In this document: in pieces, positions 39,692 through 49,462 of the stretch | Position numbering within the stretch: position 1 is the first letter of the stretch | How the letters are laid out: every line of letters starts with the position of its first letter | Origin: a virus | Lineage: Duplodnaviria > Caudoviricetes | Direction: 5' to 3' (one strand) | IMG/VR virus record: IMGVR_UViG_3300020413_000003 | Span: 1 to 64,000 of that record | Length of the DNA stretch: 64,000 nt | Position numbers and translations under genes: made by a program | Notes under the pieces: generated by a model | Seen by the model: only the letters and a program-made list of their open reading frames with translations | Told to the model about the DNA's origin: nothing | Databases searched by the model: none

Positions 39692-40807
39692 ATGACACAA
39701 CAATTAGTTGTGGGAGAGTGGTATGAATTACCAGGAATTCCAAATATAGTTATTTGTTTAATGAAAACAGATAATTTTTTAATGTACCCAGAGTGGATAA
39801 CACAGAGGGATACAGAACTTAGATCAAAGAAGAAAACTACAATAGATCATTTAAGAGTATTATTTCCTACTCATCATATAGTAGCAGCAGGAGAGTTGAC
39901 AGAAGATGATGTATGGGAAGATGGAACAGAATACGAAGCAGGAACAGAGTGGAGACTCGATGCTAATACTAGATCATATCTATGGGAGACTGGACAAACA
40001 AATGAGTTACCAGAAAATGTATTAGTTGTAAAGTATCTTGAACCAACATTAATAAAGTTAAGAAGAACTTACTGGACATTTGATAATCCATCAGCAGCAG
40101 AAGTAGCAGCAGAAGTTGTAACAGGATGTCAAAAGTCACTAGGTATGAACTTGAAAACTAAGAAGTTTCAAGAAGGACAATACGTTACAGCATTATCATA
40201 CCTATGTAAATATGATGACCCTGAGACTTATGGAGACAAAGGACTATGGTCGGAGACTGACGATAAGACTATAACTCAAAGTGAGTATCGTAGGACTAAG
40301 ATGCAGAATGCTATCATGCAATATAAAGATAATATTGTTGCAGTTGATGATCTCTTAAATGAGACAAAATACAATAAGCATTTCGACCAGACATTTATGG
40401 TTTCACTATTCTTACATCATGTTAAATTTGGTTATTGGGAAAAGAGTGTAGTAAACTTATTAAAGTTAATTACAGAAGAATTAAAAGATGAGTTCGATGA
40501 CCCAATACAAATACCTATGGCAACTAAAGGTAAATTAAATGCTACTGGATGGATACAAAGAGAGAATACCAACTATGGCAATGGTAAGAAATGGATACCA
40601 GATAGAGGTAAGATGGATGGATTTAATCAAGGAGTACCATTCTTTAGTTATTGGTTAGCAATACAAAAAGAGAAAGGTATGAAGCACAAACAAAATATGG
40701 GTGCAAAGCAAGGTTATTCTCAATGGTTTAAGGAATACTTAAAGATGCCTAATAGATCACATGAGTTAAATGACCTTAAAAGTAAAATCTTAACAGATTT
40801 TGACTAG
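39692..40807 (+). CDS. hypothetical protein, possible ParB/DGQHR-like N-terminal domain
   Basis: QRD motif and RLDANTR resemble the QR...DG(Q/H)xR signature; weak. Confidence 0.5.
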   Translation: MTQQLVVGEWYELPGIPNIVICLMKTDNFLMYPEWITQRDTELRSKKKTTIDHLRVLFPTHHIVAAGELTEDDVWEDGTEYEAGTEWRLDANTRSYLWETGQTNELPENVLVVKYLEPTLIKLRRTYWTFDNPSAAEVAAEVVTGCQKSLGMNLKTKKFQEGQYVTALSYLCKYDDPETYGDKGLWSETDDKTITQSEYRRTKMQNAIMQYKDNIVAVDDLLNETKYNKHFDQTFMVSLFLHHVKFGYWEKSVVNLLKLITEELKDEFDDPIQIPMATKGKLNATGWIQRENTNYGNGKKWIPDRGKMDGFNQGVPFFSYWLAIQKEKGMKHKQNMGAKQGYSQWFKEYLKMPNRSHELNDLKSKILTDFD

Positions 40808-40838
40808 ACAAAAATACTATTCTATACTATACTAAGTT

Positions 40839-41015
40839 ATGAGAAAATTCTTTAGTCCTAAAGGACAAATCAGACTGATTAAAAAAGCACTCGCATCTGA
40901 TACTCAATACTCTAGCGAAGAGTTGATTAAATTAAAAACATCACTCAAGAAACTAGAGAAGGAAGTAGAGGAAGAGAGACAATTCCAAAATGGAGGATTT
41001 GGTTATGACATTTAA
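40839..41015 (+). CDS. small hypothetical protein, possibly leaderless (not in ORF track)
   Basis: 58 aa ending GGFGYDI; TAGACA-17 nt-TATACT ends 5 nt before the ATG. Confidence 0.5.
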   Translation: MRKFFSPKGQIRLIKKALASDTQYSSEELIKLKTSLKKLEKEVEEERQFQNGGFGYDI

Positions 41016-41133
41016 TGTCTATGAAATTATTGAAAACGACAAAACAAAAGTCCAAGAGGAAGAAGAGGAGTGGGTATCCGAGATCATAGGATCAGAGGAT
41101 GATGAACTTAAAAGATTATTAGAGGAGTTTTAA

Positions 41134-41487
41134 ATGAACAGGTATGAAGTATTATTGCAACGTGACAATGGTTTAAACAAAACTGTTTATGTTGATGACT
41201 GTTACTATGAAGACGAAGCAAGATTACTTGCAGAGTCACAATATGGATTACCAGTATTGAAAGTATTATTTCAAGGTCAATCTAACAATGGACAATACCA
41301 ACATGAATTAGAACCACCTTATCCTAACTATAATCAAAACATATTCAGAAGAGGATTGTTTGACTTTCAAGTTATAGGAACACTAGGCGGTTTATTATTA
41401 TTGTTTGTTTTTATACAGTATTGGTACTTATTTGTTGGTGCAACAATATTTGCTATTATATACAGTATCGTAAGAGACGAAAACTAA
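41134..41487 (+). CDS. hypothetical membrane protein
   Basis: ORF track; hydrophobic C-terminus. Confidence 0.6.
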   Translation: MNRYEVLLQRDNGLNKTVYVDDCYYEDEARLLAESQYGLPVLKVLFQGQSNNGQYQHELEPPYPNYNQNIFRRGLFDFQVIGTLGGLLLLFVFIQYWYLFVGATIFAIIYSIVRDEN

Positions 41488-41625
41488 AATAGGCATAAAT
41501 TCTTGTTACTTTTAACGTATATTATACTATCTAATTTCTAAATAATAGTGTAGAATCTAGGAGCAATAAGATGCACTAAACCTCATATATTATGAGAGTA
41601 TCTAAATTTTACTAGGAGTATTTGT

Positions 41626-41781
41626 ATGTCAAAACTTAACTTCAATCAGATGGCACAATGGAAAAATGGTATGAATTATAGTTCACAAGAGAATAAAATA
41701 GACGAATACTTTGAGTGCTTAATCGAATGCGAAGACAATGATAGAGTATGTAAAACAGTTTGCACACCTCTATTAGAATAG
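41626..41781 (+). CDS. small four-Cys protein (51 aa, not in ORF track)
   Basis: MSKLNFNQMAQW...DEYFECLIECEDNDRVCKTVCTPLLE*; AGGAG RBS at 41614. Confidence 0.7.
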   Translation: MSKLNFNQMAQWKNGMNYSSQENKIDEYFECLIECEDNDRVCKTVCTPLLE

Positions 41782-41800
41782 ACTACATTACGAATCCTAC

Positions 41801-41830
41801 AAAGACGGTTGCAAGACCGTCTTTTTTATT
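41801..41830 (+). terminator. rho-independent terminator
   Basis: AAAGACGGT-TGCAAG-ACCGTCTTTTTT hairpin plus T-run. Confidence 0.8.
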
Positions 41831-41930
41831 GTATAATATTAAATGATATTGTATTTACTATTATGTGGTATGTTATAGGATGGACTATAGTTACACTATG
41901 GTTATTATCTAAGTTAGGTGTATTTAAAAA

Positions 41931-42887
41931 ATGAAAGATACCATATTATATGGAGATTGTAGAGACACACTTGACGCATTCATACCTAAGAGTGCGAGAA
42001 TGTGTGTTACTAGTCCACCTTACTATGGTTTAAGGAACTATGGTAATGAAGATAATCAAATAGGACAGGAACAAACACCCGAAGAATATATTGATGAAAT
42101 GGTAAATGTATTCAGAAAGGTAAGAGAAGTATTAACTGATGATGGAACACTATGGTTAAACATAGGAGATAGTTATTATAATTATAGACCAGGAAAAGGT
42201 CAGTCATATCCTAAACAGTCAGTAAGTAAGACGAAGCAAGATCTACCAGATAAATGTAATAAACGTGGTAACAAATTAAAAGGATTAAAAGAGAAAGATT
42301 TAATTGGCATCCCTTGGATGTTAGCATTCGCATTAAGAGCAGACGGATGGTATCTAAGGCAAGATATTATATGGCATAAACCTAATCCAATGCCAGAAAG
42401 TGTAAGAGATAGATGTACTAAATCACATGAATATCTATTTTTATTATCAAAGAACAAAAAGTATTATTATGACAATGAAGCAATCAAAGAACCAGTCAAG
42501 CAAGATTGGGGGACAAGAGACCGCACAAAAGGTAAGTATCATAATACTGGTAGTGGGTTGGCTCCTCATAGTGGGTTATCCAAGTCTTATGACAGGAAGA
42601 ATAAACGATCTGTTTGGTCAATAACAAATAAACCATATAAAGGTAGTCACTTCGCAGTATTTCCACCTGACTTAATTGAACCTTGCATCAAAGCAGGGAG
42701 TGAAGAGGGAGATATAATACTAGACCCATTCATGGGGTCAGGCACAACAGCAATGGTAAGCAAGGAACTAAACAGACATTATCTAGGATGTGAGTTGCAT
42801 GAAGAGTATAGTGAACTAATACAACAGAGAGTGCCAGATGAGAGAGTGGTACAAAATGGATTGACTGACCTATTGAGTGGAGTATAA
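41931..42887 (+). CDS. DNA amino-methyltransferase (N4-C/N6-A, beta class)
   Basis: TSPPYYGLRNY, WYLRQDIIWHKPNPMPESVRDR, HFAVFP, DPFMGSGTT. Confidence 0.92.
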   Translation: MKDTILYGDCRDTLDAFIPKSARMCVTSPPYYGLRNYGNEDNQIGQEQTPEEYIDEMVNVFRKVREVLTDDGTLWLNIGDSYYNYRPGKGQSYPKQSVSKTKQDLPDKCNKRGNKLKGLKEKDLIGIPWMLAFALRADGWYLRQDIIWHKPNPMPESVRDRCTKSHEYLFLLSKNKKYYYDNEAIKEPVKQDWGTRDRTKGKYHNTGSGLAPHSGLSKSYDRKNKRSVWSITNKPYKGSHFAVFPPDLIEPCIKAGSEEGDIILDPFMGSGTTAMVSKELNRHYLGCELHEEYSELIQQRVPDERVVQNGLTDLLSGV

Positions 42888-42888
42888 T
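42831..42888 (+). promoter_or_regulatory. palindrome-associated early promoter
   Basis: GTGCCA-N10-TGGTAC; TTGACT...TATAAT. Confidence 0.65.
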
Positions 42889-42913
42889 TCAAGAGTCACT
42901 CACACAGACACAC

Positions 42914-43129
42914 TTGACTACTACACTAGCACCTAAACCAACTCGTAAGAGAAGGACACGCAAAGCACCAATAAATAAGACAGTAGCGAAAAAGCAAATG
43001 GAAGTGGTTATTACACCCGACCATATCACACTCAACAAACAAATCAAAAGACTAGACACATTCACACTAGTTTTACTTCCATTCTTATATCTTGAAGCAT
43101 TTGTGAAACTGATACTACGAGTCAAGTGA
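42914..43129 (+). CDS. small basic hypothetical protein
   Basis: ORF track; TTG start. Confidence 0.45.
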   Translation: MTTTLAPKPTRKRRTRKAPINKTVAKKQMEVVITPDHITLNKQIKRLDTFTLVLLPFLYLEAFVKLILRVK

Positions 43130-43182
43130 CACTCACACAACTGAACACCCCTCTTAACAGAGGGGTTTTTTTATGCTATACT
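43126..43182 (+). promoter_or_regulatory. palindrome-associated early promoter with embedded terminator hairpin
   Basis: GTGACA-N10-TGAACA; ACCCCTCT-TAAC-AGAGGGGTTTTTTT hairpin; TG-C-TATACT. Confidence 0.6.
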
Positions 43183-43203
43183 ATAGGTATTGATAAGGTT
43201 ACT

Positions 43204-44451
43204 ATGTTTTTATTGAAGAAGCATCAAGATTATGCATACATGAAAATGCTAGAAAACAAGAAAGGACAAATTGTAGTGCCTACTGGTGGCGGTAAGACTT
43301 ATATTATGATCGCTGATGCTATTAGAAACAACTATCAGCAGATACAGAAATCAGATAATATCAATATTGTTGTAGCACCTCGTATATTATTAGCACAACA
43401 GTTATGCAATGATTTTACAGAGCATATACATGCATTTGATGATATTATTCATGTTCACTCAGGTGATACGGAGTATTACAGCACAACTTCCGCAGAAGAT
43501 ATAAAGTTATGGTATTTAACTTCAAATAATATATCAAATAGAATAATATTTACATCATATCATTCATTACATCGCATCGTTGAGAGTGGTATTCCTATCA
43601 ATACGGTATATTTTGATGAAGCACATAACTCATGCGGAAAGAAGTTTTTTGAAGCAGTAAAATCAGTATCTAACAGAGCAAATAGATGTTATTTCTTTAC
43701 AGCAACACCTAAGCAAGGAAGAGGTCAGACTATTGAGCGTGGTATGAATAATAGTGATGTTTATGGTAACGTTATTGCTAACGTTGATGCTAAGGAGTTG
43801 ATAGACAATGGTATTATACTACCACCTAAAGTAATACCATTTGATACTAACAGGAAGAGAAACAAAGTTAATGCTCATGAAGTAGATGCTAAGAACCTTA
43901 AGGACATTCTAGAGGATACAATAGAGGATGATTCAAAAGTACTTGTAGCAGCACCATCAACTAGAATACTATGGAATATGCTCACCAAAACTGATATACT
44001 TGACTGGTTTAAAAAGCAGGACTATGGAGTTATGCATATTACATCTAAGCATGGAGCATACGTTGATGGTAAGAAAGTCCGCAGGGATGTATTTTTTGAT
44101 ACTCTTACAGAGTGGGGTAAAAGTGCTAAGAAATTTGTTGTGTTTCATTATAGTATATTATCTGAAGGTATCAATGTAGCAGGATTAACTCATACAGTAT
44201 TGTTAAGGAATTTACCTGTTATCGAAATGGCACAAACAATAGGTAGAGTAATTAGAGTTCATCCTGATGATAGAAAGTCAGTTGAAGATGGTATTATACC
44301 AGTAGCACAATTCTCACTATATCGCAAGGGATATGGAAGAGTAACAGTTCCCTTGAGTGGTAAGTATGGTGAGAAGATCGCTAAAAGACTTGAGTCAGTA
44401 GTTAATCAAATCTTTATAGAGGGAATTCCACCAGTAGCGTGGACATCATAG
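43204..44451 (+). CDS. SF2 DEAH-box helicase/ATPase (type III restriction Res-like)
   Basis: PTGGGKT, DEAH, TAT, LSEGINV, QTIGRVIR. ATG 43204 is preferred to the track start at 43126, which lies in the promoter/terminator. Confidence 0.85.
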   Translation: MFLLKKHQDYAYMKMLENKKGQIVVPTGGGKTYIMIADAIRNNYQQIQKSDNINIVVAPRILLAQQLCNDFTEHIHAFDDIIHVHSGDTEYYSTTSAEDIKLWYLTSNNISNRIIFTSYHSLHRIVESGIPINTVYFDEAHNSCGKKFFEAVKSVSNRANRCYFFTATPKQGRGQTIERGMNNSDVYGNVIANVDAKELIDNGIILPPKVIPFDTNRKRNKVNAHEVDAKNLKDILEDTIEDDSKVLVAAPSTRILWNMLTKTDILDWFKKQDYGVMHITSKHGAYVDGKKVRRDVFFDTLTEWGKSAKKFVVFHYSILSEGINVAGLTHTVLLRNLPVIEMAQTIGRVIRVHPDDRKSVEDGIIPVAQFSLYRKGYGRVTVPLSGKYGEKIAKRLESVVNQIFIEGIPPVAWTS

Positions 44452-44511
44452 GACAGTTCAACAAAGTGGCACACAGTACTACCATTACGGTATCAAATAC
44501 AGTATTATAAT
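44450..44511 (+). promoter_or_regulatory. palindrome-associated early promoter
   Basis: AGGACA-N11-TGGCAC, then 30 nt, then TATTAT/TATAAT. Confidence 0.7.
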
Positions 44512-44531
44512 AATATGAACAACAGGAGACA

Positions 44532-44766
44532 CATGGTTCACTCAATGCATTTCGGAAGAGTATTCTGGTTAAACCTCGATAATGAACTAATGTCAGCACC
44601 TTGGTTAAAGGATGGCACAGTTTTAGATGGCACACATGGCACAGAAGACCAAACTGATTATGTGAGTGAGTGGACAGACCTTGAAGGTCTTAACATGAGT
44701 GCATTGTTATCCATTCATAAAGACTTAATACTTGAGTCAGTCAACTACTATGGAGACCCAAAATGA
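44532..44766 (+). CDS. hypothetical early protein (start approximate)
   Basis: Same frame as track ORF 44515-44766; an AGGAG RBS precedes the ATG near 44533. Confidence 0.55.
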
Positions 44767-44902
44767 ACCAGTTTGGTATCGTTGTAACATTTGATGAAAA
44801 ATATCAAATGGATAAACTCTATGACATATTGAGAGATATGGATTTTGAGTTAACATTTGAACAAGAGAATGTATTTGAGAAAATCTTATTAGGAACAGAC
44901 AA

Positions 44903-45112
44903 ATGAAAACAGCAGTATTTCAAGTAAGACTTGAAGCAACATCCGATGCAGAAATCAATGCATTTCATTTAGCAGAAGAGATACAGGCATATCTCAATGC
45001 TCATGTATGCATCGATGACCCCTGTAATGATACATTTGAAGATGTGAGAGTAACAGGTTATAAATTTGAATACGATACATTTACACCTACCCAATTTGAT
45101 TACGAGATTTAA
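44903..45112 (+). CDS. hypothetical early protein
   Basis: ORF track. Confidence 0.55.
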   Translation: MKTAVFQVRLEATSDAEINAFHLAEEIQAYLNAHVCIDDPCNDTFEDVRVTGYKFEYDTFTPTQFDYEI

Positions 45113-45347
45113 AATGGAAAAGCACATTAACCTATGGCAAGTAATACCAGAAGATGAGCATAACCATATTTCTAACAAGATATGGGAAGCACTTGACAGA
45201 GCAGGAATTGTATGCTCTCAAGATGCTGAACTATCCATCAAAATATATGATGAAGAGATAGTAATCAGAAAAAGTGACCCATTTGGACTTGAGTCTGTTA
45301 CTGATGATGATTATGACTCAGAAGGCGAATTAATATACAAGCCATAG
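45066..45347 (+). CDS. hypothetical early protein (true start probably at MEKH)
   Basis: ORF track. Confidence 0.5.
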   Translation: MNTIHLHLPNLITRFKMEKHINLWQVIPEDEHNHISNKIWEALDRAGIVCSQDAELSIKIYDEEIVIRKSDPFGLESVTDDDYDSEGELIYKP

Positions 45348-45403
45348 GACAGTACAATATGTGTCACACACTACCACGCATCGGTTATAAAATCCCTTAT
45401 AAT
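45346..45403 (+). promoter_or_regulatory. palindrome-associated early promoter
   Basis: AGGACA-N10-TGTCAC, then 30 nt, then TATAAT. Confidence 0.7.
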
Positions 45404-45425
45404 AAAGACATCAAGCAAACACAAC

Positions 45426-45677
45426 ATGCACAACTTCAAAGAATTTCTAGACTATTGCGAATCATTCTATTCACCTAGTCATCCTGATGTTTTATATCCT
45501 ATCGATGGATTAACTAGGGAAGAGTTAGCAATTGCAACTTTAAACTACTTAGACTTATGTGCGACTAGTGAGAACATTACATGGGGTGATGGTGATTCAC
45601 TAGACAGAGAAAGAGTTAGAGATTTTGTTATTCAAAGAAGAGCAACAAAACAAACAGCAACATCACTAGGATTTTAA
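45426..45677 (+). CDS. hypothetical early protein
   Basis: ORF track; FLDYC.SFY and GDSLDRERVRD. Confidence 0.65.
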   Translation: MHNFKEFLDYCESFYSPSHPDVLYPIDGLTREELAIATLNYLDLCATSENITWGDGDSLDRERVRDFVIQRRATKQTATSLGF

Positions 45678-45681
45678 ATCA

Positions 45682-45939
45682 ATGGACAAAGCACTAATTA
45701 ACGAACTAAAATCATTCTTAGTTGAGAGATATGTTGACAATATGTCAACAAAAGATTTAGTTAACTATGTAACTGATGATCTTGATGACCTATACAAAAA
45801 TATGTCAGATGAAGAGTTTATTGATGAAGCAAAAAACTACTGGGATGACGGTTTTGGCGAAGTAATTGATGAGATTCAAGATTATATGAAAACACCTTTT
45901 AAACAACCATTAAGAGAATCATTCGAGGAGACCAACTAA
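45682..45939 (+). CDS. hypothetical acidic early protein
   Basis: ORF track. Confidence 0.6.
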   Translation: MDKALINELKSFLVERYVDNMSTKDLVNYVTDDLDDLYKNMSDEEFIDEAKNYWDDGFGEVIDEIQDYMKTPFKQPLRESFEETN

Positions 45940-46277
45940 TGAAAACAATTAAATTGACTAATGACCAGTTTAAGCAACTAAAAGAGTATGTTATTGATAG
46001 TTGCGAAGATATTATGGATAGGTCACTAGAATGGGATGATACTGAAACTATTGAAGATAACGAAATACTATTTGATTTCAGATCAATTTTGGAGTCAGTT
46101 TCATGAGTCAACATACAGTAAACTTATCAGATAAAGAAATTACTAGAGTATGTGATCTCTTAGACGAGCAACATGACCTAGACAACAAATTATCTAAAAG
46201 GTTAAACACTATATTGATTAAGCATTTAGCACTAATCGATAATAATAGATCAAAACAACCAAAGGAGGAGTGGTAGT

Positions 46278-46337
46278 GTACCAGTTAAACAAAGTGGCAC
46301 AATGGGTGTTGTGTTTCGCAGTCGTCTCGACTATACT
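46278..46337 (+). promoter_or_regulatory. palindrome-associated early promoter
   Basis: GTACCA-N11-TGGCAC, then 31 nt, then TATACT. Confidence 0.7.
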
Positions 46338-46496
46338 TAATTCATAAGCAACAAAGGAACTTTATGACCAACTCTCAAAGATACAAATCTTATCTAAGAT
46401 GGCAAGATATGATGGACAGAAGGGCATTAAGACTAACAGGAAAGTCAAAAGCACAATTACATGCTGACAAGTATTTCAACATAGAGGTTAACTAAA

Positions 46497-46709
46497 ATGA
46501 ACAAAGAGCAACTACAACAAGAAATCGGTTTATTCAAGTATTTCATCTTAAAAGGTGATTTCGATGAAAATGAATTAATCCCTGATACTAATACACCATT
46601 CCCACAGAATGATGAGCAAATAGTTAAACACCTCGTGGTAGATAAAGGTTTACCAATAATGAAAGCAATTTCACTTGTTAAAGAAGTTCAAATACTGGAG
46701 AACCTGTAA
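46497..46709 (+). CDS. hypothetical early protein
   Basis: ORF track; GAGG RBS. Confidence 0.55.
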   Translation: MNKEQLQQEIGLFKYFILKGDFDENELIPDTNTPFPQNDEQIVKHLVVDKGLPIMKAISLVKEVQILENL

Positions 46710-46724
46710 ATGTCAAGTGGTATT

Positions 46725-46782
46725 GTGCCACTAATAGTACTGTCACACAGTATCACTATTATCCCTTAAAACCGACTATACT
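46725..46782 (+). promoter_or_regulatory. palindrome-associated early promoter
   Basis: GTGCCA-N10-TGTCAC, then 30 nt, then TATACT. Confidence 0.75.
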
Positions 46783-46807
46783 TATTACATAAGCAACAAA
46801 GGAATCA

Positions 46808-47278
46808 ATGACTAATCCAACTATCGAAGCACTAGTTCCAACATGGACAGAGCAGTATTGTGAAGCATTAACTCAGAACTATTTTGATTATCATGTAAAT
46901 ATGCTTACTGACAACTCTAGACGTTTTTCTACACCTAACGATAGTGTATTAGGTGAGAGACCTGACTTATCAGCATATGCGAAGGAGCAACTTGCAAACA
47001 TCGAAAACGGAACAGCGAAGTTAATGAAGTTTAGAGCGATCTCAGGCAAGAAGTATTACAAAGTAGTTCAGCAAGAATATGATGAGAATAGAGGTGAGTA
47101 TAGAGACCAGTCAGTAAATAGTTTTGTAGATAAGAAAACTGGTGAGATATACAAAGCAGCATCATGGAAAGCACCTGCAAAGGGAGTTAGATTTGATATG
47201 AGAATTATCAATGAGAGAAAAGCAATGCATAATCCAAATTGTGTTGACTGGGCAAGTGGTCATCTTTACATACGATAG
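46808..47278 (+). CDS. conserved hypothetical phage protein
   Basis: GKKYYKV, SV.SFVDKKTGEIYKAASWKAPAKGVRF motif. Confidence 0.7.
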   Translation: MTNPTIEALVPTWTEQYCEALTQNYFDYHVNMLTDNSRRFSTPNDSVLGERPDLSAYAKEQLANIENGTAKLMKFRAISGKKYYKVVQQEYDENRGEYRDQSVNSFVDKKTGEIYKAASWKAPAKGVRFDMRIINERKAMHNPNCVDWASGHLYIR

Positions 47279-47453
47279 GAGGAACAAATGAAAAAAATGA
47301 TTAAAATCGAAACCAAACATCACATAGTCGAATTTGAGACTAAGAAGAGTTCCAGGAAATTCTTAAAGAAAATCTACAAAAAAGGGATAACTCTCGATTA
47401 TTATCTTTGGGAGTTCGATCTTAGCACAGAGTTAGAGGAAATAGCGGAGTAGT

Positions 47454-47511
47454 GTGACAGTTATATTACTGGCACACAGTACCACTATTACCAGTTAAAA
47501 TCGACTATACT
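47454..47511 (+). promoter_or_regulatory. palindrome-associated early promoter
   Basis: GTGACA-N10-TGGCAC, then 30 nt, then TATACT. Confidence 0.75.
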
Positions 47512-47535
47512 TATTATATAAGTTACAAATCAAAC

Positions 47536-47949
47536 ATGACTGTTAAATCACTAAATTTTCAAGCAGGTTCTTCAGCAAAAGTTGCATACAAGAAACTTGA
47601 TACTTATCAGAAATTAGTTGTAAATGCTATTACAACATATGGAGGAGGAAGTTGGAAAAATGGAGTTTCAGTTCATCATAAGCATGACCAGAGTCAGTTT
47701 TCAAATATTCTCATGAGTGGTCAGGTTGTGGCAAAAGTGGTTTACGATGTTGCACATGATGATATTTCTATGGATGATTATACAGACATTCATATTAATA
47801 AGTGTCTTTTAGCAAGTGTATCCTATATTGCATTTGGTAAGGATACTCACAAGTATAGAGACTCTCAGCAAGTTGCACGTTATAGAAATATGCTTCAAAG
47901 CATGGGATTCACAATAATCCAAATGGATAATAAGCAAATTAAATACTAA
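47536..47949 (+). CDS. hypothetical early protein
   Basis: ORF track; fills one promoter-bounded cassette. Confidence 0.6.
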   Translation: MTVKSLNFQAGSSAKVAYKKLDTYQKLVVNAITTYGGGSWKNGVSVHHKHDQSQFSNILMSGQVVAKVVYDVAHDDISMDDYTDIHINKCLLASVSYIAFGKDTHKYRDSQQVARYRNMLQSMGFTIIQMDNKQIKY

Positions 47950-47964
47950 TTTGCAAGTGGTAGT

Positions 47965-48022
47965 GTGCCAGTACTATTAGTGGCACATTACTCTTTACAA
48001 GTATAGCAAAATGAACTATACT
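47965..48022 (+). promoter_or_regulatory. palindrome-associated early promoter
   Basis: GTGCCA-N10-TGGCAC (perfect inverted repeat), then 30 nt, then TATACT. Confidence 0.78.
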
Positions 48023-48047
48023 TATAATATAAGCAACAGAGAACTAA

Positions 48048-48281
48048 ATGTTATCAACAGCAACTTACACCACAGCAGTTAACAGAATCAAGCAGAAAGT
48101 TCTATTTGATTTTAACCTAGATGCACTTTCATGCATATGTCATGACTGGGAAGATTTTACTATTGAAATCGCAGAGTGGGGAATCTACAACTTAGCAGGA
48201 GTTGACTTTGATACTCTAACTACTGAAGATCTTGCTAGACTAGATCAGTTTATTAAAAATCAAAACGGAGGAGAATATTAA
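48048..48281 (+). CDS. hypothetical early protein
   Basis: ORF track. Confidence 0.6.
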   Translation: MLSTATYTTAVNRIKQKVLFDFNLDALSCICHDWEDFTIEIAEWGIYNLAGVDFDTLTTEDLARLDQFIKNQNGGEY

Positions 48282-48282
48282 A

Positions 48283-48465
48283 ATGAGTTGCATTCAAAAC
48301 GAGACCATTCTTGAAAATCTTTATGATGAGGTATGGGAGGACTATAGAAAAGAGAACAATTTGACACTAGATCAAATGTATTCTCTAGAGCAGGATGACA
48401 AAAGCGGTATTATGTCAATGCTAGGAGATCAAGCAACCGCACGTTTTGAGGACTTAATTCAATGA
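48283..48465 (+). CDS. hypothetical early protein
   Basis: ORF track; GGAGG RBS. Confidence 0.6.
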   Translation: MSCIQNETILENLYDEVWEDYRKENNLTLDQMYSLEQDDKSGIMSMLGDQATARFEDLIQ

Positions 48466-48760
48466 ATCGAGACCTCTATGCAGAAATCGTAAAAGTTTAC
48501 GAATCTACTGACGAAATTGAATCCACAGTAGCATTTGAATTTGGACTTAAAAACGATCTTTACTATCAACTTTTTCATTCTTATAAGGAGGACTAAACAA
48601 TGACCAGAGCAGAATATGTATTACTATACTCAGCATTTAAGAGTTATAGACCATTCATGAGTCAAGCAGAAGAGGTATTAAGCGAGAAAATTCTAGATGA
48701 TTTATTTTATCCCGAATTTGATAAACTTAAAAATGTATCTGAACCAGTATTGCCCGAAGT

Positions 48761-48976
48761 ATGAAAAACTACGACAGTAAAAACTCAAAAGAACGAAACT
48801 ACAAGAGTTTTGAACAAATCGGTATAGGAGACACCGTACGATATTTCAAAGAATATGGTCAAATCATCCTACGTCTAGACGAAACTAGGCAAGTTTATCT
48901 AACAAACGATAAGCACATGTTTCTACCAATCAACTGGAAGAAAACTAAAGTAATTTCACTTATTAATGAGGACTAA
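48761..48976 (+). CDS. hypothetical protein
   Basis: ORF track. Confidence 0.5.
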   Translation: MKNYDSKNSKERNYKSFEQIGIGDTVRYFKEYGQIILRLDETRQVYLTNDKHMFLPINWKKTKVISLINED

Positions 48977-48979
48977 TCA

Positions 48980-49204
48980 ATGTGTCAACTTGAATTTATG
49001 ACTGAAGTCTTAAGCGATTATTGTGTAGTTGAAAATTTACCCTTTATGTCTGCATCTGATATTTTGGTTATGTATCGCAGTATTCTTACAGAATCTCAAA
49101 GGGAGTGGTTACGCAATTATATTGAGATCTGGGATATAATACAAGAGAATGAAAACCAATCAGAGCAGAATGTGGATGCTCGCCCGATTTTTTCCTCTAT
49201 ATAA
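48980..49204 (+). CDS. hypothetical protein
   Basis: ORF track; GAGG RBS. Confidence 0.55.
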   Translation: MCQLEFMTEVLSDYCVVENLPFMSASDILVMYRSILTESQREWLRNYIEIWDIIQENENQSEQNVDARPIFSSI

Positions 49205-49221
49205 AGTGCATAAACAAATAA

Positions 49222-49461
49222 ATGTCAACACACTTTCAACTAATACCTTGGACAGAAATGTGTCATGCAATTGACATGATAAGGTATGAAGAGGAAAATA
49301 AAGCAACTATGACATACGAACAGTTAAAGAAGTTCCTGGAAACCCTAACACCAGAGCAATTATCAAATGAAGTTGTCATTTATGATAAGGATGTTGAGGA
49401 CTATTGCAAAGCAGATGCAAATTTGATAATCAAAAATGACAAAATTTACATAGGCATTTAA
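49222..49461 (+). CDS. hypothetical protein
   Basis: ORF track. Confidence 0.5.
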   Translation: MSTHFQLIPWTEMCHAIDMIRYEEENKATMTYEQLKKFLETLTPEQLSNEVVIYDKDVEDYCKADANLIIKNDKIYIGI

Positions 49462-49462
49462 C

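Noticed and set aside
43126-43203. N-terminal extension of the helicase in the ORF track
   Set aside because: This stretch holds the palindrome, a terminator hairpin and a -10 box; ATG 43204 is the more plausible start.
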